Shown piece by piece: positions 37,250-46,303 of a DNA stretch of 64,000 bases. Numbering within the stretch: position 1 is the stretch's first letter; the number at the start of each line of letters is the position of its first letter. The stretch comes from a virus, in the IMG/VR virus record IMGVR_UViG_3300028920_000054, positions 26,362-90,361 of that record. The stretch is one strand, 5' to 3'. The position numbers and the translations under genes are program-made. The notes below the pieces were generated by a model. That model was given only the letters and a program-made list of their open reading frames with translations. It did no database searches and was not told the origin of the DNA.

Positions 37250-38054
37250 TTGGGAAGCGGCAAGAAAAAAACTAACATTGGAGTATTGTTACGACCATTT
37301 TCCTGATGTGCGGAAGATTGTCGATGAAGAATTTACTGTAGATGCTGTTGTTGAAACATGGTCAACCCATCCACCGGGATTTTATTTTGGTCAGACAGAC
37401 GAATCTACACCAACGGAAGAGCCAATTGTTGAAACAGTGGTTGTAATCGAAGACCCCAAGGTCTACCTCAGCGACTACATTCCAGAACAATATATCCCAA
37501 AGTATTCAAGGGTGCAGATAAATGGATCGGGTGAACCATGGAACTTTCAGGGGCGTGAAGGATATGTATGGTTAAAGCCTATCTACGCTGACATTCTGAG
37601 AGTAGCACTTCCTCGTTTATACAAAAAGTGCCCTCGCCATGTCTTTGAAAATCTTCTTAAGTTGGTTATGGGTGACGCTTCGGCGTGGTCTGGGGGACAC
37701 ACCTACCACAATGACAAAACTTCTTCTACATTTGATATCAATTATTTCACATTTGGGGAAAATCTCACCCACTGTTCGCACGACAAAGACTTACTTGAAA
37801 ATATCTGGCTAGACGATGAACACCAGCGCATCAATCCTAAAATGTTCGATGGGGAAACGAACTACCTTTTCCTCAAGATGATTCACGACATTTTCCCAGA
37901 GTCACGGATTTTGGTCAGTTCAGGGATTAAGGGATATCTATCAAGATATGGATATGTCGGCTTTCTACTTGCTGATGATAATTCTGTTTGGAACCATCAC
38001 TTACACTGCCACATTGAGCTAGGTAAAAGAGTCAACTGGGATTATCGGTTTTAA
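37242..38054 (+). CDS. MepA/M15-like zinc peptidase candidate
   Basis: GD.S...GGH..H......D and C-terminal HHLHCH. Confidence 0.5.
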   Translation: MIDWEAARKKLTLEYCYDHFPDVRKIVDEEFTVDAVVETWSTHPPGFYFGQTDESTPTEEPIVETVVVIEDPKVYLSDYIPEQYIPKYSRVQINGSGEPWNFQGREGYVWLKPIYADILRVALPRLYKKCPRHVFENLLKLVMGDASAWSGGHTYHNDKTSSTFDINYFTFGENLTHCSHDKDLLENIWLDDEHQRINPKMFDGETNYLFLKMIHDIFPESRILVSSGIKGYLSRYGYVGFLLADDNSVWNHHLHCHIELGKRVNWDYRF

Positions 38055-38107
38055 CGATTGATGGTAGTTGTCGGCATGTTCTTCCCAACAGAAATATTCT
38101 TCCATCG

Positions 38108-38142
38108 CCCCACTGAGATTATAGCGTCCAGTGGGGTTTTTT
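38108..38142 (+). terminator. intrinsic terminator ending the virion operon
   Basis: CCCCACTG...CAGTGGGG plus TTTTTT. Confidence 0.75.
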
Positions 38143-38156
38143 GTCGCAGAAAATGC

Positions 38157-38185
38157 TTGACAAAAGGAATAATTTGTGGTATAAG
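38157..38185 (+). promoter_or_regulatory. sigma-70-type promoter
   Basis: TTGACA-17-TATAAG with extended TG. Confidence 0.7.
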
Positions 38186-38210
38186 TAAATTAAAAACAAA
38201 AGGATTAAAT

Positions 38211-38363
38211 ATGATTTGTAGCGAATGCGGAAAAGAGTGTGAAACTGAATTGGTAAATGTTGGATTCGGTAGAAGTGACTGCATGGGTTCTATTGTGTCA
38301 GACAACAGGTTTATGTGGAAAAGTCTTTGTTGTGACGCAGAAGCGGTGGAGGAAGAAGAATGA
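38211..38363 (+). CDS. small zinc-ribbon protein
   Basis: MICSECG...S.CCDA; ATG after the promoter and RBS. Confidence 0.55.
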   Translation: MICSECGKECETELVNVGFGRSDCMGSIVSDNRFMWKSLCCDAEAVEEEE

Positions 38364-38710
38364 ACCCACAGGGCATAATGGATTCCATGCAGAAGCATAA
38401 CTTGGAACTCCAAAAAAAGAACACCGAAATAGTAACCCTTGCGACAAAAAAAGCCGATGCGCAAAGTGATTACAGAAAAGCCTTAGCGGTAGAAATAGCT
38501 AGGCTTCGGTTAAAGGGTGAAAAGGTAACACTTGTGGAAACAATAGCTAAGGGAAATGATAGCGTTGCAGACCTAAAGGTAAAGTTCGTTATAGCTGAAG
38601 CAGAATATAAGGCGTGTCTCGAAAGCATAAAGGGTTCATTGGCAGCATTGGACACATTACGTTCACTTTTAACCTGGGAGCGAAAAGAAAAGTACAGTCA
38701 AAACATATGA
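38360..38710 (+). CDS. coiled-coil hypothetical protein
   Basis: A...YR.ALA.EI..L, LRSLL. Confidence 0.5.
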   Translation: MNPQGIMDSMQKHNLELQKKNTEIVTLATKKADAQSDYRKALAVEIARLRLKGEKVTLVETIAKGNDSVADLKVKFVIAEAEYKACLESIKGSLAALDTLRSLLTWERKEKYSQNI

Positions 38711-39156
38711 TTAACTGGTTTGTTGCAGAAGAAATGATAAATAGGCATGTTCCTGATAGGGAAGTTGCCAAACAGCTTAAGTGCAGTTGGCAGTCAATAA
38801 AAAAACACAGGCTTGACATGGGGATTAAAGCCAAAGGGTTAGATTATGATATTATGGACTTGCTGATATTTCTTAACTATGAATGCGAGAATTGTGACAA
38901 TATTATTTCAGAAATTATGGATTGTTCTGAAAGTTCAGTTGCAAAAAGAAGGCGATGGTTTGGGTTAAAAAAAAGACACAGGGAATATGCATCTGGGCGA
39001 ACAGGGGTATCATACTACCCAGATGTTCTAAATGAGCTTGAAGCTGAAATTAGAAACGAATTTAACGTAGAAGGGAACTTTAAAGAATGGATTGTGAAAC
39101 ACAAGGCGGAAGTATCAGAATGGAACGCTACGAAGCAGATGCGGTGGACGAAATAA
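38707..39156 (+). CDS. putative DNA-binding protein with two HTH-like repeats
   Basis: D.EVA..L.CS...I...R..MGI and D..IS..M.CS...V...R..FGL. Confidence 0.55.
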   Translation: MINWFVAEEMINRHVPDREVAKQLKCSWQSIKKHRLDMGIKAKGLDYDIMDLLIFLNYECENCDNIISEIMDCSESSVAKRRRWFGLKKRHREYASGRTGVSYYPDVLNELEAEIRNEFNVEGNFKEWIVKHKAEVSEWNATKQMRWTK

Positions 39157-39329
39157 ACCGAGCATACAAGACTGAACAGATAGTAACGTTTTGGATGCGG
39201 AACAAGGATGGAAGTGTTTCTAAGCCCAAAAAGAGGACTATTTTTGAACTCATTGACATGTATATGGTCAACAAGGCGGACGAAAGAATTGTAATAGACT
39301 ATATAGTTTCAGAAGAATTCATAGGCTAA
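39120..39329 (+). CDS. hypothetical protein
   Basis: ORF in operon; start uncertain. Confidence 0.4.
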   Translation: MERYEADAVDEINRAYKTEQIVTFWMRNKDGSVSKPKKRTIFELIDMYMVNKADERIVIDYIVSEEFIG

Positions 39330-39511
39330 ACAGACCTTGGCAATATTGATGTCAAAAAAGTAAAGTCTAAAGGTGGGTGGGTTTGGATTGCTGACTACAT
39401 TAAAGAACGAGACGACTACGATTCTATTGCTTCAGATGAGATTAAGCGGTTATATAAAATGGTGAAGGACAGGGATGCAGTAATCGCTGAAATGGGCGGA
39501 TAGGAGGCGGT

Positions 39512-40000
39512 TTGATAACATTTGATTTGGATGGGGTAATAAGGTTTCTTGCATATGAAGTTTTTGGAAGAGAACCAAACGATTGGCACGAAAGACTTGA
39601 CGGGAAAAGCCTTGTCGAAATAGTTAATGGGAACCTTAAACTTTTACAGGATGCACCCCCAACACAATATTACGAAGTTATAAAAGAACTATTCCCCAAT
39701 CCACACATAATGTCTTTCCAAGCTGAGTCTTGGCGAAACCATACGCTTTGGTGGTTAAATAAATACTTCAATAACTATACAATTGACTTTGTTAATCATG
39801 GTACAGATAAAGTAACTGCACTAAAAACAAAACTGATAGTTGAAGATTATCCAGAATTTCCTAAAGAATTCTATAAACGGGTAATCCTAGTGAGGCATAA
39901 GTATAACGAAAACGTAAAAGACGAAGATTGCTATGCAGTGGTTGATTCGGCAGAAGGGTTAAAGGGTGTGCTATGGACATTGAAGAAGCAAAAATACTAA
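39512..40000 (+). CDS. HAD-superfamily 5'(3')-deoxyribonucleotidase-like protein
   Basis: FDLDGV, T..WL..YF, K, IVED.P, YN. Confidence 0.75.
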   Translation: MITFDLDGVIRFLAYEVFGREPNDWHERLDGKSLVEIVNGNLKLLQDAPPTQYYEVIKELFPNPHIMSFQAESWRNHTLWWLNKYFNNYTIDFVNHGTDKVTALKTKLIVEDYPEFPKEFYKRVILVRHKYNENVKDEDCYAVVDSAEGLKGVLWTLKKQKY

Positions 40001-40160
40001 AAGCGAAGCTAGAGATGCATATTCTGTCAGAGTTAAGGGCGTTTGAGGATGCAACCAAATTGTGCGTTGAAGCAATCCATATCCACCGCTATAACCCTTT
40101 TGGTTCTGAACTTGGAGAAGCATATGAGGTTAAGGTTCGGTGTAAGGTATAGGGACTAAT

Positions 40161-40448
40161 ATGACAATAGAAGATGAAGGCTTTAAATCACTTCGTGTGG
40201 TTTTGGAACTGGCATATCAGAGGGCTTCTTCTGGTAAAGGGCAAGAACGCCACGCCACTAGCGTAAAGTTTGAAGAACAACCATGGCATGATATTTACAA
40301 GCATCATGGAATTGGTTTCGTTTTAGGTCAAGCAGAAAAGAAGATGATTGAACAATACAAGCTTTCAAACGAACAACGGATAGACGAACTTCTTGACGTT
40401 ATTGTTTATGTTTCGATGGGCATTATAGCGCTAGGAGAAGGCAAGTGA
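40161..40448 (+). CDS. all-alpha NTP pyrophosphohydrolase-like protein
   Basis: KG.ERHA...FE.QP, GQA.KK..E, ELLD.IVY. Confidence 0.5.
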   Translation: MTIEDEGFKSLRVVLELAYQRASSGKGQERHATSVKFEEQPWHDIYKHHGIGFVLGQAEKKMIEQYKLSNEQRIDELLDVIVYVSMGIIALGEGK

Positions 40449-40660
40449 CTAACGAAGAAAAAGTATTGGAAGAAGTGTTTGGAAAACTTAGAGAAGACAG
40501 ACCTAAGTGCAATTTTCTGAAATGTTATGCAGGAACGGGCGTTGCAGGAAATGGAATTTGTTTTTTAAAAGGAAATCCAAACAATCCAAACTGTCCAAAG
40601 TTCATAGATGAAGATGAAGAACTTAAAAGGCAAGAAGCGGAATATAGGGGAATTAAATGA
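40445..40660 (+). CDS. hypothetical Cys-containing protein
   Basis: ORF coupled to the previous gene. Confidence 0.4.
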   Translation: MTNEEKVLEEVFGKLREDRPKCNFLKCYAGTGVAGNGICFLKGNPNNPNCPKFIDEDEELKRQEAEYRGIK

Positions 40661-40792
40661 TATTTAAGAATATGAGCCTTAAGGAAAGAGCGGAAAAATT
40701 TGGAATAGCAACAGACTTCCCAACACCACGAAGACAGCGAAGGGAAGACCTTAAAATGGCTGTACGTGAAGAACGAAGAAGGCGCAAGTGGA

Positions 40793-41479
40793 ATGGATAA
40801 TCTTGGCGACAGGATGAAGAAAAACTACGAAGATAGGTATAGGTTTTACCTTACACGTAGAGTGCCCGTTATAATTAGACCCGACGGACGAGCCTTCCAC
40901 ACCCTGACAAAGAACTGTGAAAAACCATTTGATAGACAGTTTTGCAATAGAATGGATTATGTCGCCATAAAGTTAATGGAAGGAATGCAGGGTGCAAAAT
41001 GTGCTTATGTGCAATCAGACGAAATTTCAATTCTTTTAACTGATTTTGACACCCTTACCACAGATGCGTGGTTCAATTATAACGTTCAGAAAATGGCTTC
41101 AGTTTCTGCTGGAATGGCATCGGCATTGTTTACACGAGTTATGGAAGACGATGACAATATTGCCACGTTTGATAGTCGAGTGTTCAATGTTCCTAAAGAA
41201 GAAGTTGCCAATTATTTTGTGTGGAGACAAAAGGATTGGATAAGAAATAGCGTATCCATGTTGGCATTATCGTATTATTCCCACAAAGAGCTTCACAAGA
41301 AAAACCAAAAAGATATGCATGAAATGCTTCACATTAAGGGTGTCAATTGGGCAGACATTAGACAAAGATATAAAAATGGTTGTTTTATATATCGTGAACT
41401 TGGCAGTATAGCATATAGATACGATGTTATCTTTACGGAAGAAAGAAACTGCATAGAAAGATGTTTGGGGGTAGAATAA
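40793..41479 (+). CDS. tRNA(His) guanylyltransferase Thg1-like 3'-5' polymerase
   Basis: LGDRMK..YE, R.DGRAFH, YVQSDEIS, FDSR, YF.WRQ.D..RNS. Confidence 0.93.
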   Translation: MDNLGDRMKKNYEDRYRFYLTRRVPVIIRPDGRAFHTLTKNCEKPFDRQFCNRMDYVAIKLMEGMQGAKCAYVQSDEISILLTDFDTLTTDAWFNYNVQKMASVSAGMASALFTRVMEDDDNIATFDSRVFNVPKEEVANYFVWRQKDWIRNSVSMLALSYYSHKELHKKNQKDMHEMLHIKGVNWADIRQRYKNGCFIYRELGSIAYRYDVIFTEERNCIERCLGVE

Positions 41480-41629
41480 TGGGCGGTTTATTTGTTTTGA
41501 TATTCTGCGTATTGTTAATATGGTGGTCGTATAAATTAGGGAACTAATCGGTAGTCTTGTTAAAAATCACACCAAAACAATCTGTGTCCAATCCGTGTTT
41601 TGAATCAAATCAAAACTAAAGGAGAAAAA

Positions 41630-42814
41630 ATGAGCAATATCATAGAAGACATATTTATAGAGCATCCAGAGTGGACAACAAAACAAATACAAGAGGAAAC
41701 AAGAAGGCGTGGCGCAAAAGATGGCCGTGGATATTCAAAAAGACAGATACGGAGGAGGCTTAGTTCGCTAAAACCAAAAAGACAGGAAGTAGAATTCAAG
41801 GACGATGAAGAATCGTGCAGACTAGCACACATGGCAGGTCTAAAAAAGAACATACCACACGCCTATAGAAAGATACTAGCAAACCTAGTAATGAATGTAG
41901 AAAGTGCCCTAGATCGGCCTAGAGAAGTTTATGTTCCAAGCCGTGGGGATAAGGAAACCATAGTGCAGTTAATTAGCTGTACCCATAGTGGTAAGATAGT
42001 GTTTGATGAATCGGGGGTTCCAACGTTTAACAAAGACATTCTAGCCTACAAAATGGCAGTACTAAAGGCAAAGATAATAAAGCTTGTAACTAAACATGTC
42101 GGGTTAAAAAACGTTGATGAGTTTGTGCTTGCCCTTCTAGGAGACCTTGTTGACGGGTCTGGAATTTACGCAAACCAGGAAATTAATCAAGACCTGAACT
42201 TCTTTGGAGACCAAACATCTTTAATAGTCGCTGCAATATGGGATATAGTGTTGGCAATAAAGATGCTTGGACTTCCGGTAAGAATAGTAGGTGTTAGGGG
42301 AAACCATGGAAGGCAAGGGAAATACGCCCCACCAGACAACAACTTTGATTATTTGGTGTATCAATTACTATATGTCCTTGCACACAACACTGAAGGTGTT
42401 ACCGTTGAATATTCTACAACAACTGAATATAAAAACTTTACAGTAAAGGGGCATAACGTTCATATCAGGCACGAAGCACCACCGCAAACAGAAACACCTG
42501 CTGCTAGAGCGAAGTTCGCAGGGTGGCAATCAATACACGACTACGACATTATTGCGTATGCGCATCTTCACCACCCTGGAACCGGAATCTACTTCGATGC
42601 CGATACCATAATGAACGGTTCCCCAGTAGGGTCTGATGATTTAAGCGAACGCATAGCGAAGGGTTCAAGGCCATCACAAACGATGTTCGGGATACACCCA
42701 AACGTTGGAGTTTCGTTTAGATACAACATCTATTTAGACACGTACACTGAAGGGATTTTTGCTGAAGAAATTATGAATAGATATCCTATGCTTAAATTTA
42801 AGGGTGTTCGGTAA
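41630..42814 (+). CDS. calcineurin-like metallophosphoesterase/nuclease with N-terminal HTH
   Basis: GD.VDG, GNHG, H, H.H, NGS..G.D; the first motif reads C-T-H rather than D-x-H. Confidence 0.8.
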   Translation: MSNIIEDIFIEHPEWTTKQIQEETRRRGAKDGRGYSKRQIRRRLSSLKPKRQEVEFKDDEESCRLAHMAGLKKNIPHAYRKILANLVMNVESALDRPREVYVPSRGDKETIVQLISCTHSGKIVFDESGVPTFNKDILAYKMAVLKAKIIKLVTKHVGLKNVDEFVLALLGDLVDGSGIYANQEINQDLNFFGDQTSLIVAAIWDIVLAIKMLGLPVRIVGVRGNHGRQGKYAPPDNNFDYLVYQLLYVLAHNTEGVTVEYSTTTEYKNFTVKGHNVHIRHEAPPQTETPAARAKFAGWQSIHDYDIIAYAHLHHPGTGIYFDADTIMNGSPVGSDDLSERIAKGSRPSQTMFGIHPNVGVSFRYNIYLDTYTEGIFAEEIMNRYPMLKFKGVR

Positions 42815-42819
42815 AAAGC

Positions 42820-42857
42820 AACGCCCTAATTCAATACGAACTAGGGCGTTTTCTTTT
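42820..42857. terminator. bidirectional terminator at the convergence of the two transcription arms
   Basis: AACGCCCTA...TAGGGCGTT flanked by an A-run and a T-run. Confidence 0.75.
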
Positions 42858-42987
42858 GCCTACTTATTAACGGTGTAGATTACAACGGCTATCAATATTG
42901 CCAATATTTCCATATTAACCACCTCCTTTCTGTTTATACCATTAATTAATTTTTTACCAATTGCTTGTACTTCCACCAATTAGTGTT

Positions 42988-43015
42988 GCGGGTCCGGTGC
43001 AACGGTGGGTTATAA
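42988..43015 (-). mobile_element. truncated attC (R'' and L'' arm only)
   Basis: Minus strand TTATAAC-CCACC-GTTGCACC-GGACCCGC; contains the stop codon of the upstream gene; no matching right arm seen. Confidence 0.65.
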
Positions 43016-43213
43016 ATCATATCCATCTACATGTTTTCCGTTATCAATGCGCTTGCAAACATAACTACCCATTTGAGCGCAAATATCTCTAACTGCTGAT
43101 ATTGATATCCCGTACCGATCAGCTAAATACGCCTCATAATGGCAACGAGATTTGGCCATTTGGACAATACATTGCCGTTGGCCTTCAGTTAGTCCATATG
43201 CTTCTGGATGCAC
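43010..43213 (-). CDS. small HTH-like protein (cassette 2 gene)
   Basis: LADRYGISISAVRDI; GGAGGTG RBS 3' of the attC core. Confidence 0.6.
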   Translation of the reverse strand: MHPEAYGLTEGQRQCIVQMAKSRCHYEAYLADRYGISISAVRDICAQMGSYVCKRIDNGKHVDGYDL

Positions 43214-43229
43214 GTTTCACCTCCTCAAT

Positions 43230-43348
43230 TTATAACATTCTAATCAGCGGCGGACTACCTTGCCATCGCACACCGAACAGTAAGTAAATAATTGCCGCCC
43301 ACAGTGAGGGCATGTGTTATCCCCGTCCGCTGCATTTGTGGGTTCTTT
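43230..43348 (-). mobile_element. integron attC-like recombination site, 119 bp
   Basis: R'' AAAGAAC, 5-nt spacer, L'' AATGCAGC ... L' GCTGATT, 5-nt spacer, R' GTTATAA; unpaired G in L'' and an unpaired A three bases after it. Confidence 0.8.
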
Positions 43349-43489
43349 TGCGTGTTCGATAAAGCGTATGGCATGACCCAGCGCAAAGAAGTATTTAGAC
43401 GGAGACTTGCCGTGTTGTTGATGCTTTAGTTCTTTTAAAACCTCAAGAACCCTGTTATCCGACATTTGATTGATTGTAGGTTCGTCCAT
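43244..43489 (-). CDS. small protein with C-terminal zinc ribbon, reading through attC (cassette 1 gene)
   Basis: GGAGG RBS before ATG 43489; CPHC...CSVC encoded inside the attC loop. Confidence 0.6.
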   Translation of the reverse strand: MDEPTINQMSDNRVLEVLKELKHQQHGKSPSKYFFALGHAIRFIEHAKEPTNAADGDNTCPHCGRQLFTYCSVCDGKVVRR

Positions 43490-43503
43490 ATTTCCTCCAA
43501 GCA

Positions 43504-43522
43504 AAAGAACCATTCATTATTC
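43504..43522 (-). mobile_element. attI-like simple site / first cassette junction
   Basis: Minus strand GAATAAT-GAATG-GTTCTTT (7-5-7 geometry); the core is complementary to R'' of the downstream attC. Confidence 0.45.
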
Positions 43523-43602
43523 AGACTTTAGTCAATGCTATTAACTATCACCAACATAAATCATATTCTGCGTTTCACGTTATTATGTTTTGTCAGTGAG
43601 CT

Positions 43603-44022
43603 TCATTTAAACTCCCCCATGATTTCAATATCCCTTGGAGGACATTGCCATCGTTCGGAATGACACAGTTTTCTCAATGCGGCACGATCTTCTTCTTTAG
43701 CCCTGAGATATCCCTTCGTGTAGTACAGATTTTTGACTGCACTGCGGATTTCAGAGGTTAAATCTTTGGGAAGATGCCTTAGAATGTATTTGTAATCCAC
43801 AATGTCTTCCTGTGCTTTTCGTACAGATACCTTCATCTTATTTTTTAGTCTGATTATGTCACGCCTCACTGCAAACCACTTAAAGACTCCACGTGCCATC
43901 AGGATTAACAACGACTCTTTCCTGTCAATTCCGTACAGTTCAGCAAGGTCTTTAGCAATAAGTGAAGGTCTGTTCTGCCTGTACGTCCATATGTTTTCTT
44001 TGCATACGTTTAGTGGATTCAT
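43603..44022 (-). CDS. hypothetical protein
   Basis: ORF coupled to the upstream gene. Confidence 0.55.
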   Translation of the reverse strand: MNPLNVCKENIWTYRQNRPSLIAKDLAELYGIDRKESLLILMARGVFKWFAVRRDIIRLKNKMKVSVRKAQEDIVDYKYILRHLPKDLTSEIRSAVKNLYYTKGYLRAKEEDRAALRKLCHSERWQCPPRDIEIMGEFK

Positions 44023-44804
44023 CGTATCCTCCTTAATCCCTTTATTCCAACAAGGATTTCTTCTGATATTACATCAACAAGGGCAATTTTTTCTGCCCCA
44101 ATAGCAATAACCCTACCCTTCTTTCCATTATCTTCACCAATTTTGTGGTGGTTGTTGACAACAAATCTTTTTGCTCCCAATTCTTTTGCAAGAATGGCAC
44201 CGCTAGGATACCTTTTTCCATCGTCAACTACTTCAACAATATCCCCAACCCCTATTTCTTCTTCCTTAAATGGGATTCCGTGCTTTAAAAGCCACGATTC
44301 CCAACACGGATAGTTTTCTCTTGCGAACCTGATTACATCTTCAACGTAAACTTCATTGAAAAACCCGAATTGCTTGACGTAGATATCGAAGTCAGACTTA
44401 GGCGGTTCAAGGGTAAGTATGTATTCACCGGAAATAAGCTTTACACGTGAAGCTGGAAGTGGAGAAACATATTCAAATATGTCGTTTGTATTTTTCTGTG
44501 TAAGTAAGTATGGGAACAACCCCTTGTTAACCGCACCGTTTACGCCTTCCACGCTATCAAATGCTCCGGTAAATTTGTTACCCTTTAAAGCAAAGAAACA
44601 CCACTTGTTTTTCCATATTCCGTCAGAAGGATAAATGTAGGAAATCCATTTTGCCGTTTGTTGTTGTGCCACTGTTGGTGCCCCAGCCACTGGAGCATTT
44701 AAAGCAACCCCTTTTGAGCGTGCCCATATTGTGGTTTTATTGTTTTTGCAAACAAAAAAATACCCCTTATGGTTATAAGTTCCTTCATACAATCCGTCTT
44801 TCAT
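44019..44804 (-). CDS. hypothetical mosaic protein with C-terminal SH3/KOW-like domain
   Basis: VGD.VEVVD.G..Y...G.V.A; start ATG 44804. Confidence 0.5.
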   Translation of the reverse strand: MKDGLYEGTYNHKGYFFVCKNNKTTIWARSKGVALNAPVAGAPTVAQQQTAKWISYIYPSDGIWKNKWCFFALKGNKFTGAFDSVEGVNGAVNKGLFPYLLTQKNTNDIFEYVSPLPASRVKLISGEYILTLEPPKSDFDIYVKQFGFFNEVYVEDVIRFARENYPCWESWLLKHGIPFKEEEIGVGDIVEVVDDGKRYPSGAILAKELGAKRFVVNNHHKIGEDNGKKGRVIAIGAEKIALVDVISEEILVGIKGLRRIR

Positions 44805-44995
44805 TTTCCCTTCCCCCTTACATTGTATTTTTTCAGCCAATTAAGTGCTTTTCCGTTATGTCCACTGTCATGTAACCGATAGAATTCTTCAAGCGCATAC
44901 TGTGAATCAAGCTCAAAAGTGTACGGCCTTGTGTCTACCAAAACAGTGACTTCCTTTATTCCCCTGTCTACCACCCCTACGATTGTTAGATTCAT
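44801..44995 (-). CDS. hypothetical protein
   Basis: Coupled ORF. Confidence 0.5.
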   Translation of the reverse strand: MNLTIVGVVDRGIKEVTVLVDTRPYTFELDSQYALEEFYRLHDSGHNGKALNWLKKYNVRGKGK

Positions 44996-45161
44996 AGCAA
45001 CCCCAACCTATTACAAAGGTCATTTAGCCAATACTGTATGTCTTCAACTTCTTCTTTATGGCTTACTTCATCATCTACTTCTGATATATCACGTATCTCT
45101 TTTAGTTTTGCTTGAATTCTTTCCAACATTTCAAACGATTCTTCTATTAACTCGTCCATTG

Positions 45162-45509
45162 CTACACCCCCAAAGTTATTTTTGCCCTTATAAATTCCTG
45201 TCCTTCCGATGACTTAAGAAAGGAAATAAGACCTTCCCTTGTAATGTTGACACCCTTGGAAATTAAACCCCTGTGGATTGAATCTAAAAATCTTTTTGTG
45301 TGGTTTACTACAGCCTTTGACTGATTCCCATTCTGTGTTTGATGCTCAACGCTGTAGAATAGGTTGGATATGCTTCTTACGTCTATCTTCAACATATCGG
45401 CAACCCTTTGCTGTGTTCCACATTCGTCTATAAGTCGTTTAAGGCAATCGTAGTAACTTTCCCCGTCTTCAATGTACGCTATCAATTCTGTGTCCCAATC
45501 AATTTTCAT
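45162..45509 (-). CDS. putative HTH DNA-binding protein
   Basis: TQQRVADMLKID.RSIS. Confidence 0.55.
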   Translation of the reverse strand: MKIDWDTELIAYIEDGESYYDCLKRLIDECGTQQRVADMLKIDVRSISNLFYSVEHQTQNGNQSKAVVNHTKRFLDSIHRGLISKGVNITREGLISFLKSSEGQEFIRAKITLGV

Positions 45510-46156
45510 GCTTCACCTCCGCTTATTTTATATTCGTCCATCATTCCTATGATGTCGTTTGCATACTGTTTTGTTCTTTTGTTCTTAGCACCAACATATC
45601 CCTGAAGGGCGTCAGACACACTTTTTGATTTAGATAGGCGTTGCGACAATATTCTGCACCCTGCATTGATGTTGTTGTCTATGTGATATAGCGAATAGAC
45701 GTTTGGTATTCCCATTTCCCTAAGCATTTTTCTGTGGACAGAAAATCGTACCTGCATCAAACCAATTGCGCCCTTGTTTGACCGAGAAAATATGTTAAAG
45801 CTACTTTCCCTGCTTATTAAATGGATTACTAAATTACTTGGAATGTTATATTTTTTGCAATTATCTTCTATTGATACGGCTATTTCAGTGGCTATTGATG
45901 AGTCTAGTTTAGGTTGTAGTTGGATTATTCTGTCTCTTGTTTTTATAATGGATGCTGTTTTTGTTGCGTCTAATTCAACCAACAACCCAACGATAAGTTT
46001 TTCTTGCACTATAAGCATTTCATTACAGACAGATAGAGATGCTTTTGAATTTTCAAGAACATAGGTATTAAAGATAAGAAGAAATACCATGGTGCATACA
46101 AGTAAAAACAGCACAACTTCTTCTACTGTAGCTTTTCCTGTTCGTCTAAATTTCAT
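45506..46156 (-). CDS. membrane-anchored lytic transglycosylase (SLT domain)
   Basis: N-terminal TM; I..ESSF...S..GA.GLMQV, NI.AG. Confidence 0.88.
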   Translation of the reverse strand: MKFRRTGKATVEEVVLFLLVCTMVFLLIFNTYVLENSKASLSVCNEMLIVQEKLIVGLLVELDATKTASIIKTRDRIIQLQPKLDSSIATEIAVSIEDNCKKYNIPSNLVIHLISRESSFNIFSRSNKGAIGLMQVRFSVHRKMLREMGIPNVYSLYHIDNNINAGCRILSQRLSKSKSVSDALQGYVGAKNKRTKQYANDIIGMMDEYKISGGEA

Positions 46157-46303
46157 TTCGTTTCCTTTGGCCACGACCACCGGCTCAGTTGATTCCGCAT
46201 CCTTCGTTTTTCAGACGCAATGTCGAGTGTCTTTAAAAAGTACCCGATTATTACCCCTATTATTAGAATTACAGCATAAGATTCGTCCATTCAATTAATC
46301 CTT

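Noticed and set aside
336-37278. Many short minus-strand ORFs opposite the plus-strand operons (e.g. 17825-19612, 26884-29856)
   Set aside because: Antisense shadows of well-supported genes, lacking RBS or motifs
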